Positions 1 to 12,142 of a DNA stretch of 64,000 bases are shown one piece after another (the first letter of the stretch is position 1; each line of letters opens with the position of its first letter). The position numbers and the translations under genes were made by a program. Source of the DNA: Podarcis tiliguerta (lineage: Eukaryota); assembly GCA_965153285.1 (NCBI GenBank), contig OZ229115.1. The stretch is one strand, 5' to 3'. The notes below the pieces were generated by a model that worked only from the letters and a program-made list of their open reading frames with translations, ran no database searches and was not told the DNA's origin.

Positions 1-227
1 ACACCCTGATTAACCATGTGGGTTTGTCATAACACTACCCCTTAGTCCTTTATCCATAAAAAGGATGTGCCCCTGGCTACTTTTGTTCCTCTTCCTTAGT
101 CTGGCATGTCTTCTGGATTCCAGTTATGCTATGCTGTGATGGAGAGCTGGTTAGCTGTCTAGGCTTTGAATAACAAAGCTGGCTTGAAATGCTTCAGTAA
201 TTGCTTTGGCCTATTCCACATTTTTTT

Positions 228-473
228 GAGGACAAGGGTGGTGCTGTGGTCTAAACCACTGAGCCTAGGGCTTGCTGATTGGAAGGTTGGCAGTTTGAAT
301 CCCCACGAAGGCAGTTGGAAAGTGCACATCAAAGTGCAAGTAGATAAAGAGGTACCGCTCCGGCGGGAAGGTAAGCGCCAGCTCCCTCGACCAGTAAAGC
401 AAGATGAGCTCTGCAACCCCAGAGTCATTCGCGACTGGACTTTTAACTGACAGCAGTCCTTTACCTTTACCTT
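228..473 (+). mobile_element. Sauria SINE (Squam1-type), internally deleted, with 12-bp TSD
   Basis: 5' GGTGGTGCTGTGGTCTAAACCACTGAGCC, central AAAGTGCAAGTAGATAAAGAGGTACCGCTCCGGCGGGAAGGTAA, 3' (ACCTTT)n tail. TATTCCACATTT flanks both sides (212-223 and 474-485). Confidence 0.92.
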
Positions 474-884
474 TATTCCACATTTAAGATAGGACAATGT
501 AATGTACTATATATCTTCTTATATACCCATTTAAAAAAATATTTATTACATTTTTAAAGCCACCCTTCAACCCTAATGGTCCCAGGGCAGTTTTTAAGTT
601 CTTAAATAGACTTTTTCAGTGTTTGAATGAATGGCAACAAGTTTGCTCCAGCAGACTAACATTGCTGCCCCTCTGGAAGTTGTGTGTTTTGCTTTGAGGA
701 TTTGGAAACAGTGGCCTAAAAACATACAAGACAACAATTTTGTATATTATTATTTGGGAGCAAGTCCCATTGAACTCACTGTGACCTAACTCCCAAGTAG
801 ATATGGTTAAAGGCTGGCCAGGAAGTCTCTGCTAATTTGATTACTATATTACTTAGACATTATTTGTTATGGAGACAGATAGGA

Positions 885-908
885 ACACACACACACACAC
901 ACACACAC
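885..908. repeat. (AC)12 microsatellite
   Basis: Read directly from the sequence. Confidence 0.95.
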
Positions 909-1486
909 AAAATCTTACACCAGTTTTAAGTGTGCCTGTGTTTGTATTATCCAGATATCCTTTCTTAGGAGTTAGGTGAGTGAGATCTGTGCTGAGTGAG
1001 GCACTCTTGCCAATATTGGCTGGTTCACTTGTTTTTTTGTATTAAAAGTCACCCTGGATTGCATCTGTTCACATTACTGTGTTAGTACACAGTGAAGCTG
1101 TTTCCCCCGATGTGTTTCACAGTTGTTCACATCAGCAGAGCTTCGTTAGTGTCAGATTCATTTCTGTTGTACATACCAGAGGGCAGTGACTAGGGATGTG
1201 TTCCTACTTAGGCTAGAGATGAATTAGGAACAGTTTAAGGACTCCAGCTGGTGTGAAGCTGGCTTGAGAAACAATGCTTCAAACAGTAGCATTTTACAAT
1301 GAAGTACAGGATGCATATGCATTTTGGATAATGTCATGGGAACATGGATTAAGAACGCAGCACTGGGAATGCAGTGAGTGCACACTAAATGGGAGTGTGA
1401 ACACAGCATGAGTACGCCTGATTATCAGAAGCATATTGGCTCAACTGGGTCATTCCCTGTCCATGGCACCAATTATGAGAAAAACT

Positions 1487-1836
1487 TAAAGGTAAAGGTA
1501 AAGGGACCCCTGACCATTAGGTCCAGTCGTGACCAACTGTGGGGTTGCAGTGCTCATCTCGCTTTACTGGCCAAGGGAGCTGGCGTACAGCTTCTGGGTC
1601 ATGTGGCCAGCATGACTAAGCTGCTTCTGGCGAACCAGAGTAAAGCACGGAAATGCCGTTTACCTTCCCACCAGAGCGGTACCTATTTATCTACTTGCAC
1701 TTTGAGGTGCTTTCAAACTGCTAGGTTGGCAGGAGCAGGGACCGAGCAATGGGAGCTCACCCTGTCGCAGGGATTCGAACCGCCGACCTTCTGATTGGCA
1801 AGTCCTAGGCTCTGTGGTTTAACCCACAGCACCACT
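1487..1836 (-). mobile_element. Sauria SINE, near full length
   Basis: (AAAGGT)n tail at 1487, GGTACCTATTTATCTACTTGCAC core, tRNA-like head (GGGATTCGAACCGCCGACCTTC...TCTGTGGTTTAACCCACAGC). Homologous to 228-473. Confidence 0.95.
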
Positions 1837-3946
1837 CAGATTCTCTGAAACCCAAACATCAGAAGAGGACCCCTCTAAATGATGGTGGGGGGTGTGTTTG
1901 TTTGAGACCCTGAATCAATACTTTGATTTCTTCAAGGGAGGAAACTTCTTAAGGCACAAAGAGGATCAAGTACACGTGCTTTTCAGCATTAAGCAACCCA
2001 TCTCCTTATCTGGTCGGGTGCTGGTTCATCACACCACAGTCACATTCCTGCAGTTGAAAACTGTGTGTGCATCCATGTCTTCCCAGCCAGTGAAACTTTA
2101 AGTTAGACACAAGTTACTCATTCAGTTGCAAGATCTTGGCACCCTCCCCCACTTTGCATAGCCTTGCTCTTCAGCAACCATGCAGACAGGCACATGAGGG
2201 ATCACAAGAAAGGAGGTCAGGGCAAGGTGACATCAACCAGTGCTTTCTCAGACTTGCAAGTGAATCCACCAATTGTGTTCCCCCAAGGAACTGATGCAAG
2301 AGAGCCATTTTGCTGCAAGTTGCAGTGAGCACTGCTCTTGCCTCCTCCTCCTCCTCCTTCTATTACCTTTCACCAAGTAATCACAGCATTGTTAAACATT
2401 GCAGTGCTTCTGCAATACTGCTTGTTAACATATTTTTTAAACTAGCCAGAAGTGGTTTTATAACATAATGGGACGTGAGTTTAAAAGTGGAAGCTTCACA
2501 GCCACACCAGCAAGGAGGAAGGGGGCAGCGGGTGAGCCCAAAGTTCACCTAGGCTTTCCCCCCACAGTGCTAAACTATGGTCAGTGTTATGTGCAAAATG
2601 GGTCTCTATCTCTTGAACAGAAATTAGAATCATGGAATCAGAATTGTAGATTAATGTTAGACCTCTTCTTCTTCATTTAGTACATTTAAATCTTGATTGT
2701 TTGCAATGGAAATTGATTTTGCTTCCAGTCAATTTAAAGTGCCACATGTATTTATTGCTTAATTTTCTTAACCGGTGCTATTGGCAATTAAAATGCATGC
2801 CAAACACGTGCAAAACCTGAGGTGCTCAATCAGATCAACAACTATTTACTGATCTTTGTTGTAAGAACATCTGGTTAATTAAAACTGAAAAACAACAGTA
2901 AATATTAAAATATTTAATTAGCTTTAAATTAAATATAATTAAATACCTACTTTCACTAGTGGTAGATAGCTAAAGAGATTCTTTGGACTGACACCGAGGC
3001 AGAAACTCAGTCTCAGGACTGTTAAAACTTTTCCCCTTTTGGATCTCTACATTTTGGTCACTGGGGTGTTTGGTGTTTCATCAATTGCTAGCTGAAGCTT
3101 TAAGAAATAGGCACCCTGATTAGTTCCTTCCCGTTTTCCAAATCCTAGTTCCTGTGATCCCCAGTGGAGTGTTCTAAAAGCCACAGAAAAGTTGAGTTTT
3201 GAGTTCTCGGCCTGAAGCAAATTTTGTCTCTCTCCCACCCTGCCCCAACATGATAATGTCCTCTAATGCGATATATCCTGTCTGTTGCCATGGGATCCTG
3301 TGAGGTCACCAGATAGAGCTAATTGCCCCCTCCCACAGGAAGGATAATTAGCCAAAAAAGAGAGACTATAATCAGAGCCCACTTCCTTTTACTTTATTTT
3401 GTTGGAATTCTGTGGATGATGGAACAGCATTCAGGCAGGCTCCAGTCCCTAGGGCATGACTGGGGATGGGGTGGAGAAGGGCAGTTCAGGCTATTATCTT
3501 CTGGGTGGGTGGTGTGCCTGTTTTATCACTGCTTGGCTTTAAACCAGACATTGTTATGGCCAGACTTCAATTCTGATTGTGTTGCACAGGTGAACAACGT
3601 GTTTTCTTGGAAGAATCCCACTGTGTTCAATGGATCTTACTCTGAAACAACTCCCAAACAAATATGCTAGGATCGCAGCCTAGTATTCCCTGAAACAGGG
3701 AGCTGAGTTTCATGTGCCTGAAACCCAGTCACTCCACAGTCTATGAAAGGGCTCCAAGGCTAAGAAAAACCCTTTCTAGAAATCAGATGCATTATCTTTG
3801 ATCCTCTCATTGGAGGTGGTCATTTTTACAACTGAAGAGCACATTATTTTGAAAGCAGTAATTGCTGGATCAAAATGACAAAACTTCAAGGTCTGCTACT
3901 TAGACTAGAGATAGGGAGCTTGTGGCCAGATCTTGTTGGGTTTTAA

Positions 3947-4140
3947 GGAAGGGCCATAGCTCAGTGGTAGAGCATCTGCACTGCATGCAGAAGATCTCAG
4001 GCTCAATCCATGACATCTCCAGGGAGGGTTGGGAGAGACACCATGCAAGAAACCCTGGACAGCTGCTGCCAGTCAATGCAGTCAACATTGAACTAGGTGG
4101 ACCAATGGGCTGGATCAGTATAATGCAGCTTCCTCTGTTC
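3947..4140 (+). mobile_element. tRNA(Ala)-like-headed squamate SINE
   Basis: Head GGGCCATAGCTCAGTGGTAGAGCATCTGC (A box), body GAAACCCTGGACAGCTGCTGCCAGTCAATG, tail GCAGCTTCCTCTGTTC. Two further copies are in the window. Confidence 0.85.
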
Positions 4141-5391
4141 CACAACTCAAATAACCCCTGACCATGGGCCATGCAGGCTGGGGCTCATGGGACCTGGAGT
4201 CCAACATCATCTGGAGGTCCTTAGGTCGTTTAAAAAAAAGTTTTAAAAGTTATAGGAACTGGAAACTTTTCCCATATAATCTTGCCTGCTAAGGGACCCC
4301 TGTGCATTGTGGAGCTTGTGCAGCATGTTCTATGTTAGGATGAAGAGCCCGTTCATGCAGGGTCCTGGCCAAGCTCATCACTCTCAGTGAACTCAGGGTG
4401 ACTAGAAGGCAACCTGTCCCTGTACACTGAAGAGGGGTACACTGCAGCAGTGAGCAGGCTTTCAGGACATTGCCCATCACTGCTGATCAAAGAACCTTGG
4501 ATAAGGTTTCATGAAAGTAGGACTCTCTGAGTTCAGTTCCCAGTTCCTCTAGTAGCATATGGTAAGCTTAAGCCAAATAAATCAATAGTTTTTAAGAAAG
4601 CAGATGCTTTCTACCAAGACAGAGTCATTGATTCACATTGTGTAGACACCAGAAGTGCAAAATTCCAGTTGCCCAGTTGCTAATGGCTTGTTTAAAACCA
4701 AAAGTAGAAGTGGTTATTCTGGTTACTGAGTTACCTTTGCCCCTGTTACCTGTCTCCTAGTTGATCAAGGCATGTCCCCTTCCTCCTCCGCTACTACTTA
4801 GGCACTGCTACACATAAGCAGCATTCTCTCATCAGCCAGGATGCCTGAGATGTTATGTTTTAATTTCCCCTGTATGAGAAAGAGCATAGCAGGAGCTACT
4901 TACGTAACGAGGAACATTGCAAAATCTTTTGTTTTTACTTTCAGATCAGGGAATACCGGTGTAGGTCTTCTTTCAGAAATGGCAATGAGCTACATATTTT
5001 TATTTTATCCCCTAACCTGAGCATTGTGCCTTCTACATGCTCCTGGGCACAAATGTAAAATGTGGTCTGCACGCAGAGATGTTACATCTTGTTTCAGAAG
5101 GTCATTGAAGCAAGGGACTCAGACACAGGTCTGCTATCAAAACCAGCAAACTAGCATCACATTCCCCTCTACACTCCTAATACTCAGGGGTCATTGAGCT
5201 ATGTGTTTCACTGCCTCCTGATTCGTTTCACAGGATGCTGCTGGTGGAGGCAAGGAAATAGTGTAATGACATCCCAAAACAATGTAAGGCATATGACATG
5301 TTATGAAGGCAACAAGAGAAACCTAACACAGTGCTGCCATTTGAATTTCTATAACATGTGGTTCTGTGTGTGTAGTGGGGAGAAGGGTCAA

Positions 5392-5478
5392 TGAAAGCTT
5401 ATATGCCGTTATAAATGTGTTTATCTTCTGCAAGAGTCTTTGCTGTAACAGACTAACACAGCCACCCTTCTGGAAGTT
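5392..5478. mobile_element. Penelope-like retroelement terminal remnant
   Basis: GAAAGCTTATATGCC...ATAAATGTGTT...TGCTGTAACAGACTAACACAGCCACCCTTCTGGAA. Related bits are at ~640-680, ~9699-9775 and ~43090-43160. Confidence 0.6.
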
Positions 5479-6039
5479 CTTTGAATGTGTAGTTCTGCCC
5501 TGAACATCACTCTCTTCCTGCTAACTGATGAATTATGGCTCTCCTCTCTCTTTGCTTTCTCAGATCTCAGTGCCTGCCAAGAAAACTGCAGCTTTTGCAA
5601 AAAGAGATATATGGCAGTAATTATTAAGCATAGAAATTAATTTATGAAATGTTTGCTTTGCGTCATGTATTATATGAGTGCATAATATGGATTTGCTGGC
5701 ATTTAATACTCCTGGCGTTTGCTGGCATTTAATGCTATTGTAGAACTCGGGAGTAGGGGTAACTGGAGCCAAAGCTCTCTGCTATGGTTGTTGAGCCTTC
5801 TATGGAATCTGCTGCTCTAAGAGGTTGAGATCAGTTTTCTGTAGAGTGGACATGTGTCCGACAATACAAAGGACAGTCCTCTGCTTGAAGGACTCCTCTA
5901 TTGGAATGGTCGCTTTGTTATTAACTTCAGTTAATAGCTATTTAACCATAAGAAAGGAGAGAAAGAGCTCTGAAATTGCCCACTGACAGGATAGCATACA
6001 GGTTACCTGCTCAGTTTTCCCAACCATGGTGAGATATAT

Positions 6040-6250
6040 TGAGTAGTATCCAATGAAGCAGTTCCACTAGGGCAAGAGGTTTTACCTGCCTCTCCCTGCA
6101 TTCCTGCCAACCCCCCCCCCCCCAGCTGCTCTGGGTGTTTCCCCAACCCTTCAGAGCAAAATTACAGGGTGCACAGGGGGTGTGCAGGGAGAGGGTGAGG
6201 AAGTTCCATTGCACAGTCTTTGTGCTAGCTGAACTGTTTGATTGCACTGC
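6040..6250. mobile_element. Old palindromic DNA-element remnant (related copies ~6780-6998 and ~22455-22671)
   Basis: The three loci share the layout CCCTCTCCC...TGC...TG(C/T)TCTGGG(G/T)...C-run...G-run...GAG(A/G)G...CCATTGCA. The family is not identified. Confidence 0.5.
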
Positions 6251-9200
6251 ATTTTTATTTAAATTACAGTAGTTATTTCTAAATTTACACCTACACATAT
6301 AAATTAGCACATGCAAATTATATGCGAATCTGCATTGTCCTTTTGGGGATGATGTGCAAGTGTGGCCACTCTGCTTTTGGGAACTTAGAAATGAACAGAC
6401 CTGTTAGCATCTCAAGCTTTATTCTTCTGAACGCAGGTAGTATTTGGCCTTAGGATTTTATTCTGCACCGGAGTGGCTAGTTTTGTTTCCAAAAGGAAAC
6501 GAGTAACTTCCAATCTGCAGGATAGATGTGGCATTTCACACTTCACTTGCTGAGTGGGAAACCACCTGATCTGCTCTCTGCATTTCTTGCCTCTGAAGGG
6601 CTCTCAAAATGAAGTGCCAAGCTGCTGAAACAGCCGTTTCACCCCACATTCTCCACCCAGGCAAGCAATCATTTCATCTGAGGGAGGTGACGATTTCTCA
6701 GCTTTTCAAATGCAAGCAGAAGGTAGCACAACAAACCACTGAGTGATCCAGTACCTCTGCTCAGTGGACTACAGGTGCAATGAGTAGCTTTCAAAGTTGC
6801 ACTCTTGCAACCGTACAGGCATTTCAGTTTGCCAGGTGGAATAATCCCCCTTCTCTTCCCCATGCACCCTGTTCTGAGGGTTCTCCTAAACCGTACCAAG
6901 ACAATTTGGGGAACACGGTGGGGGGACGAGAGCGTGGAAAGCCCCATTTTGCAATTTTTGTCCTTCCAGTATGAGACTGGTTAGGTGAATCGCACCCAAA
7001 GTTTGCAGCTAATCAGAGGGTGCTCATGGGGGCACTCTGGGCATGAGCATTTCCCTAGTAGGACAAGTGAGAGGATGTTGGACACTGTATATGATCTGCA
7101 GGTCAAGGCTGTCATGGTGCAGTGGTGAAAATTCATACAGCCATTGCTTTACCAGTTGTGATGCTCTGAGACCAGCAAGACTAGACAGAGAAGTCTAGGG
7201 ATGTGCCAGGGGAAAGCTTGGATGTGCTAAACCCAGGGCCCCCTCACTTCCTTAGCATGGCCCCGGAAACGGCAAAAAAGCATGCCATTAATGTCAGTTG
7301 GAGGGGTAAATTTGAAAGATTGTGGGGAGTCACTGGAAAATCTTTCCCCAATTTCAGTCCTGGCTGGCTTGAGCTGCAGGGATTAGGGAGTGGTGGTTTC
7401 TCCTCCACAGAATCGACCACCACCACCTTAAAGATTGCTCAGTGAATAAAGTAAATCTCCATAGGACTCACTTTCAGGAAAGCGGGCATAAGCTTGCAGC
7501 CTTAACATGATAGCTGTAGACAAAGGCGACAGAGGCACACAGAAGCAGCAGCTGAGTCCAGCTGTCTACGAAGGGAGCTGCAGGGATGATGTGGAATCAT
7601 TACTATGGAGATGAGCTTCTGTCTGTACCCTTAGACAAAAGCCACAGGCATTTGGCTTTAATTCAGCCAGGCCTCCCAATCCTGCTCCAGTTTCTGGGAG
7701 GAATGGATGCCTCAGTGTTGGAACTGGGATTTGTAACAGCATGCAGAGATAGAATCTTCCGTATTCATGATAGCATCTCCCTCAGCATCAGCGCATAGGA
7801 CCGGGCCATTAGTCTGTGGTCCTAAGCACAAAGAAACTAATTTGAGAAAAACAGCTGTATTTTTGGCAGCAAAAGGACAAAGATTGGTCTACTTTCGAAC
7901 CAACTAGTTGTGATCTGAGAGATCTGCTTTGTTTGTTTGTTTGTTGTCTTAAGCTTATATCAGCTACCCCATGGGCAGGGTGCTTAACTATTTCTTACTG
8001 CACCAGTTCCTCCCCCCTCCCCGCCTATGCAAGCTTATGAGGGATGCAATTTAAATCAAGAAAACTGAGTGGAGGACAAAGGTTAGCTCTTCTGCTGTTA
8101 CTGTGGTCCTGATCCACTCCCACCCGATTGCTGCTTTTAGTGTTGGGTGAGGAAACATGCAGGAGTTCCTGTTCACAGATATCCTGCACCACTTCTGGAA
8201 CTTTTGTAGGTGGGACTCTGTTTCTATCTTGTATTAGTCAGTAGAATACGTAGGTGGTGGGAACTTGTGACAATGGTTTATAAGGCAAGCGTGGGGAATT
8301 TTTTTGGCTAGATCTTTACCTCTCCACCCCCACGGACCACCTTAGACACATTGATGTCAGCTGATTAAATGTTTCCATTATTTAGTGGTGTGGACACTGT
8401 GCTGGGGACAACAGTTTAGGGAGCCACAAATGACCACACAGAACATGGCAGATGATAGGGGTATCAACAAATAGGAAAGGTTTAGTACCTGGGTTGGCAT
8501 GGGCACAAAAGGACCTACAGGACTGATGTTGGCATCAGCTCCTTATTTTTGAGACATTTTATATTTGTTGGGTGTCCATCCAGGCCTGTACATAGTTACA
8601 GGTGCTTGTTTTATTATTATTACTTTCAGAATACACTACCTTTTTCCTACAACAAAATGTTGTTTATTTCCTGTAGTCATTATAGTACTATGATTCACAA
8701 TGCAAAATTATACCTGCTGGAGCATTTTCTTCAATCAGAGTTGGCAAAAAATAGGGGTTTTGTGGGGTTTGTTTTTTGCTTTAACATATCAGGAATGTAG
8801 AAGCACTTGCAAAGCATGGGACAGAGAAACAAAGAGAAATGTTAATTATGTGCTTCACAACTAAGTTATATACATGGTCATCTGATCTTACGTGTGGGAA
8901 AGGAGTTTCATGCTGCAGCTCTATCGAACAGTATCTTCAGAGTCTTTAGGTTCCTGCTCACCCTATGATAAGCCATCTCTCCTCCTCATATTGCACATGT
9001 CCTGAAGGCAAAGTTCTCTTTCTGAATAGCTATAGCTCAAGTCAACCCCCAGCACCAGCCCACATAGTCTGAATAACATGGATGAGACATTAACATCCCC
9101 AAGTCACTGTCTATTCCCTGCTGAGATAACAGGGCCTGCCCTATTTTATCTTAATTGGTTGGGAATTTGAGGACTGGTTTCGGCTGACCAGCAATGCTGT

Positions 9201-9914
9201 AGTGACTCAGGACTGAGTGGCTACTTCCTCTCAGAGCAGTTTGCTTTATGGATGTCTGTGGCACTCACCATGAGTAGACTGGCTGAGTCTTGCCTGGCTT
9301 TAGGCCACAAGATACACACTATTTCTTCACTTTAGGATCCCTGAAAGTATTTATTTAACAGATTTCTATATCATTTAATTAAAAAAAACCACCCAACACC
9401 TCTAAGTGGCTTAAAATAAAAGTTGAAAATATTCATTAAAACATACTGGTGATTTTCTCAGAATAGATTGCTCTCTGCACTAGAACTTCTTTTTCCACCA
9501 GGCTGGGCTAGTTATGGTTGGACACACAGAACTATTCTTAGAGACTGGCCCACAAATGTATGGTCTTAATCCTGCTACTCAGGGATCTTTGTGCTTTCAG
9601 CTCAATAGTACTATAATTTACAATGAAGCTGCAATCCTTTGAATTTTGATTTGCAAAGACATTCCACTGCAATCGTCAGGTTCAAGTGACAAGTTGAATC
9701 TGACAAAGTAGATGTTAGTCCACAAGCATTTATGCCATAATACATTTATGGGTGCTACCATGTTCTTTGTTGTCTTAAGTATCTTTGGAGTAGAATGTTA
9801 GTACAAGCAGTGAAGAAAGCAAAGAGCTCTGTGGTCTGAGAGCTCATAATACTAAATGATGCTGAAGCACCTAACATCAGTTGCTAGTAATACTATCGCA
9901 CTACTAACAGTGCT

Positions 9915-10100
9915 ATAGCAGTCAAAGCACTTCACACACATTATCTCAGTAATCCTTAACAACAAAAGGGAGGTCAACAGCATTATTATCCCATTGGAAA
10001 GAAAATACATTGCCTAGAACTAATGACATAGGCAATATTTGAACTGGGGATTTCATGGCTCATGGTTAATTCTCTTTGGCACTAGGCTACACTAGTTCTC
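9915..10100 (-). mobile_element. Ancient MIR-like SINE
   Basis: AAAGCACTTCACACACATTATCTCAGTAATCCTTAACAAC...CATTATTATCCCATT. Further MIR-like cores are at ~32010-32115 (+) and ~48775-48930 (+). Confidence 0.55.
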
Positions 10101-10383
10101 ACTGTAAGTTGGAGGAGGCTGGGGAATGTTCACGAGACCTAAAAAACCCTCTTGATTATTGCTGGATATTTGGAGCAAGTTCACTGACTACAGGTTCATT
10201 TCTGAGCATAGCTCCAAGTGTCCATTATCTTTAACAGCCTAGACAGTTTGGGAGCAGGGTGCCTAAATAATGCTTTCTTCCCAGCCTCTAGTATGGCTGA
10301 TGAGAATGTGAGAGAGAGCCTTTTCTGTTGTCGCACCAGGGCATATACCAACTCTCTGCTATGAGAGATTCTAGCCCTACTTA

Positions 10384-10445
10384 CTTTTGTTGCTAGCTAA
10401 AGTTTTTGTTTTGTCTTTTGTTGCTAGCTAAAGTTTTTGTTTTGT
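10384..10445. repeat. Perfect 31-bp tandem duplication
   Basis: CTTTTGTTGCTAGCTAAAGTTTTTGTTTTGT x2. Confidence 0.95.
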
Positions 10446-11965
10446 TTTGGCAGGTTCCTGCTCCTTCTTTATTGCATTTTAAATATGTGCTGCTTGGTTT
10501 GCACTTTTTCAGACCTGTTTTATGAATTGTTTTAAAATTAAGGTTAGGTGCCTGGAGCATCCTTCAGGCCAGTCTCATTAAGTCCTGACCAGCATTCAGG
10601 GGTTATGGAAGTTGTAGTTAAACAGCCTCTGAAGTACCACAAGTTCCTTACCCCCTCTTAGGCAGTGGAAGAGTGGGATACAAACTGTATAATAAATAAG
10701 CTAGTTTCGGCACAAGAGATCCCTGCAAACTGCAAGTTCAGTGTAGCTAGCATACTTCCATGTTTTCATGTGTTTGCAGTGTTGCGCCCTCTTTTTTCTT
10801 GTGTGTTATAGTTTGTGTTTCATATTGGAGCATGGAACTGAAAGCGGCAGGCTTATTATGTGCTGCCTTGGCTAGTGCCACACATAGATGTGGTAGCAGG
10901 AATTATTTTTAATATCAGCCTCTTGTGGAAATGGGTTTGGTTTGGATCACTGCACAGAGACAGCAGTCTGATACCACTATCTGTTCTATATGTGAAAGCT
11001 GATAATCTTTCTGCACAGGCAAGGACTGTTCTTCTGTCAGTGCTAAGCAGTGGGAGCTCAGATTCCTGAATTCTTTTTCTGGGCTTGCCACTGACCCTTT
11101 CTGAGTAGCTGTTGAACCTTTTCCATGGTGACATGGGACAAGGAAGGCTGTTTCATGCTCTGCTGAATTCATACATGGAAGCTCCTTCAGAATAAGAAAT
11201 GGCAAGGTTCTCTTTTGTGGTGTCATCGTGTCAAGTGATGAATATGTGTGTATATTGCTATGTGTATGCATGCTGGGAAACTAATTGGCTGTGGTATATC
11301 CAACACATTCACACCATGTCTTGGGTCTTGTCCAGTATATGGTGCATTTTGTAATAGGAAGTGATTCCTGTGTAATTGCAAGGGAAGGAAAGAACTGATT
11401 TGCATGCAATAAAGCCTGATGGGCACCCCAAAGAAAACCTAAGTCAAGGCTCAACAGGGCTTTCCTACTTTCAATGCCAAGGTTTGTTCTTGCATGACCA
11501 AGCAGTGCACTTAAGCATGTGTAGATTGCTTTGTCTTCAGCACTAGTCACCCCCAGGTGGTGAGTTTTCAGGAGAACGGGTTCCAGAACAGAAGGGGCTG
11601 CAGTCTTGAAAATGGGAACCTTTTAAGTACCCTTTTATGCCAAATACGTTTTGATGGACAAGCTGTTGCCCCCATTCCCCATACAACTGAACTGGCAACT
11701 AATTTTGTTCCTAAATTCTGGCAACAAAGACAGCTTCCATCGCAGGACCTGAGGACTAAGGTGGGCTAGATTAGGAGTCTCAAGGGGAGCAGGAAGGGGG
11801 CTGGCCCAACTCCTACTTTCTCAGCATCCTCAGCCTGAGGCAACTGTTTCACTCTGCCTAATGGCAAAGCTAGCCCTAGCTCTGCTTCTGGGGCTCTCGG
11901 GGAGGAGGACAGGACAGGAGATTTCTATGCATGGATCTCTGGTGGGCCAAAAATGGCCCCAGGGC

Positions 11966-12142
11966 CAGGGGTGCCAACTTGAATAAAATATTGGGACGAT
12001 AAGCCCCACCCCACATAATCACATGACGCGGTGCACGCACACAATTTGAATGGCAATACCTATCGCCTTTTGGGGGCGGTCCCCCCAATATTTTATGGGG
12101 CGGGGCAAAGGGATCTTCAGCCCCAAGGAGTTGGCTCCTGTG
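11966..12142. mobile_element. hAT MITE at the edge of the NAV1 CpG island
   Basis: TIRs CAGGGGTGCCAACT / AGTTGGCTCCTGTG; 8-bp TSD CCCAGGGC (11958-11965) / CCCAGGGG (12143-12150); internal inverted AATAAAATATTGGG / CCCAATATTTTAT. Confidence 0.82.

Noticed and set aside
1378-1794. Similar ORFs at 1378-1794, 159-497 and 57769-58038 suggesting a small gene family
   Set aside because: All are translations of Sauria SINE copies.
3951-4021. tRNA-like sequences (also at 22826 and 26557)
   Set aside because: Stems and B-boxes are degenerate and each runs into a SINE body, so they are not functional tRNA genes.
4553-4568. ATG|GTAAGC as an upstream NAV1 start exon (also ATG|GTATGT at 49102)
   Set aside because: The phase-0 donor is out of frame with the phase-1 acceptors; joined to 12786 it gives MRLGF*.
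9699-9740. Possible Penelope-associated hammerhead ribozyme (CTGACAAAG...CCACAAGC)
   Set aside because: The catalytic CUGANGA and GAAA boxes are both mutated. Other CTGATGA hits lack the helices.
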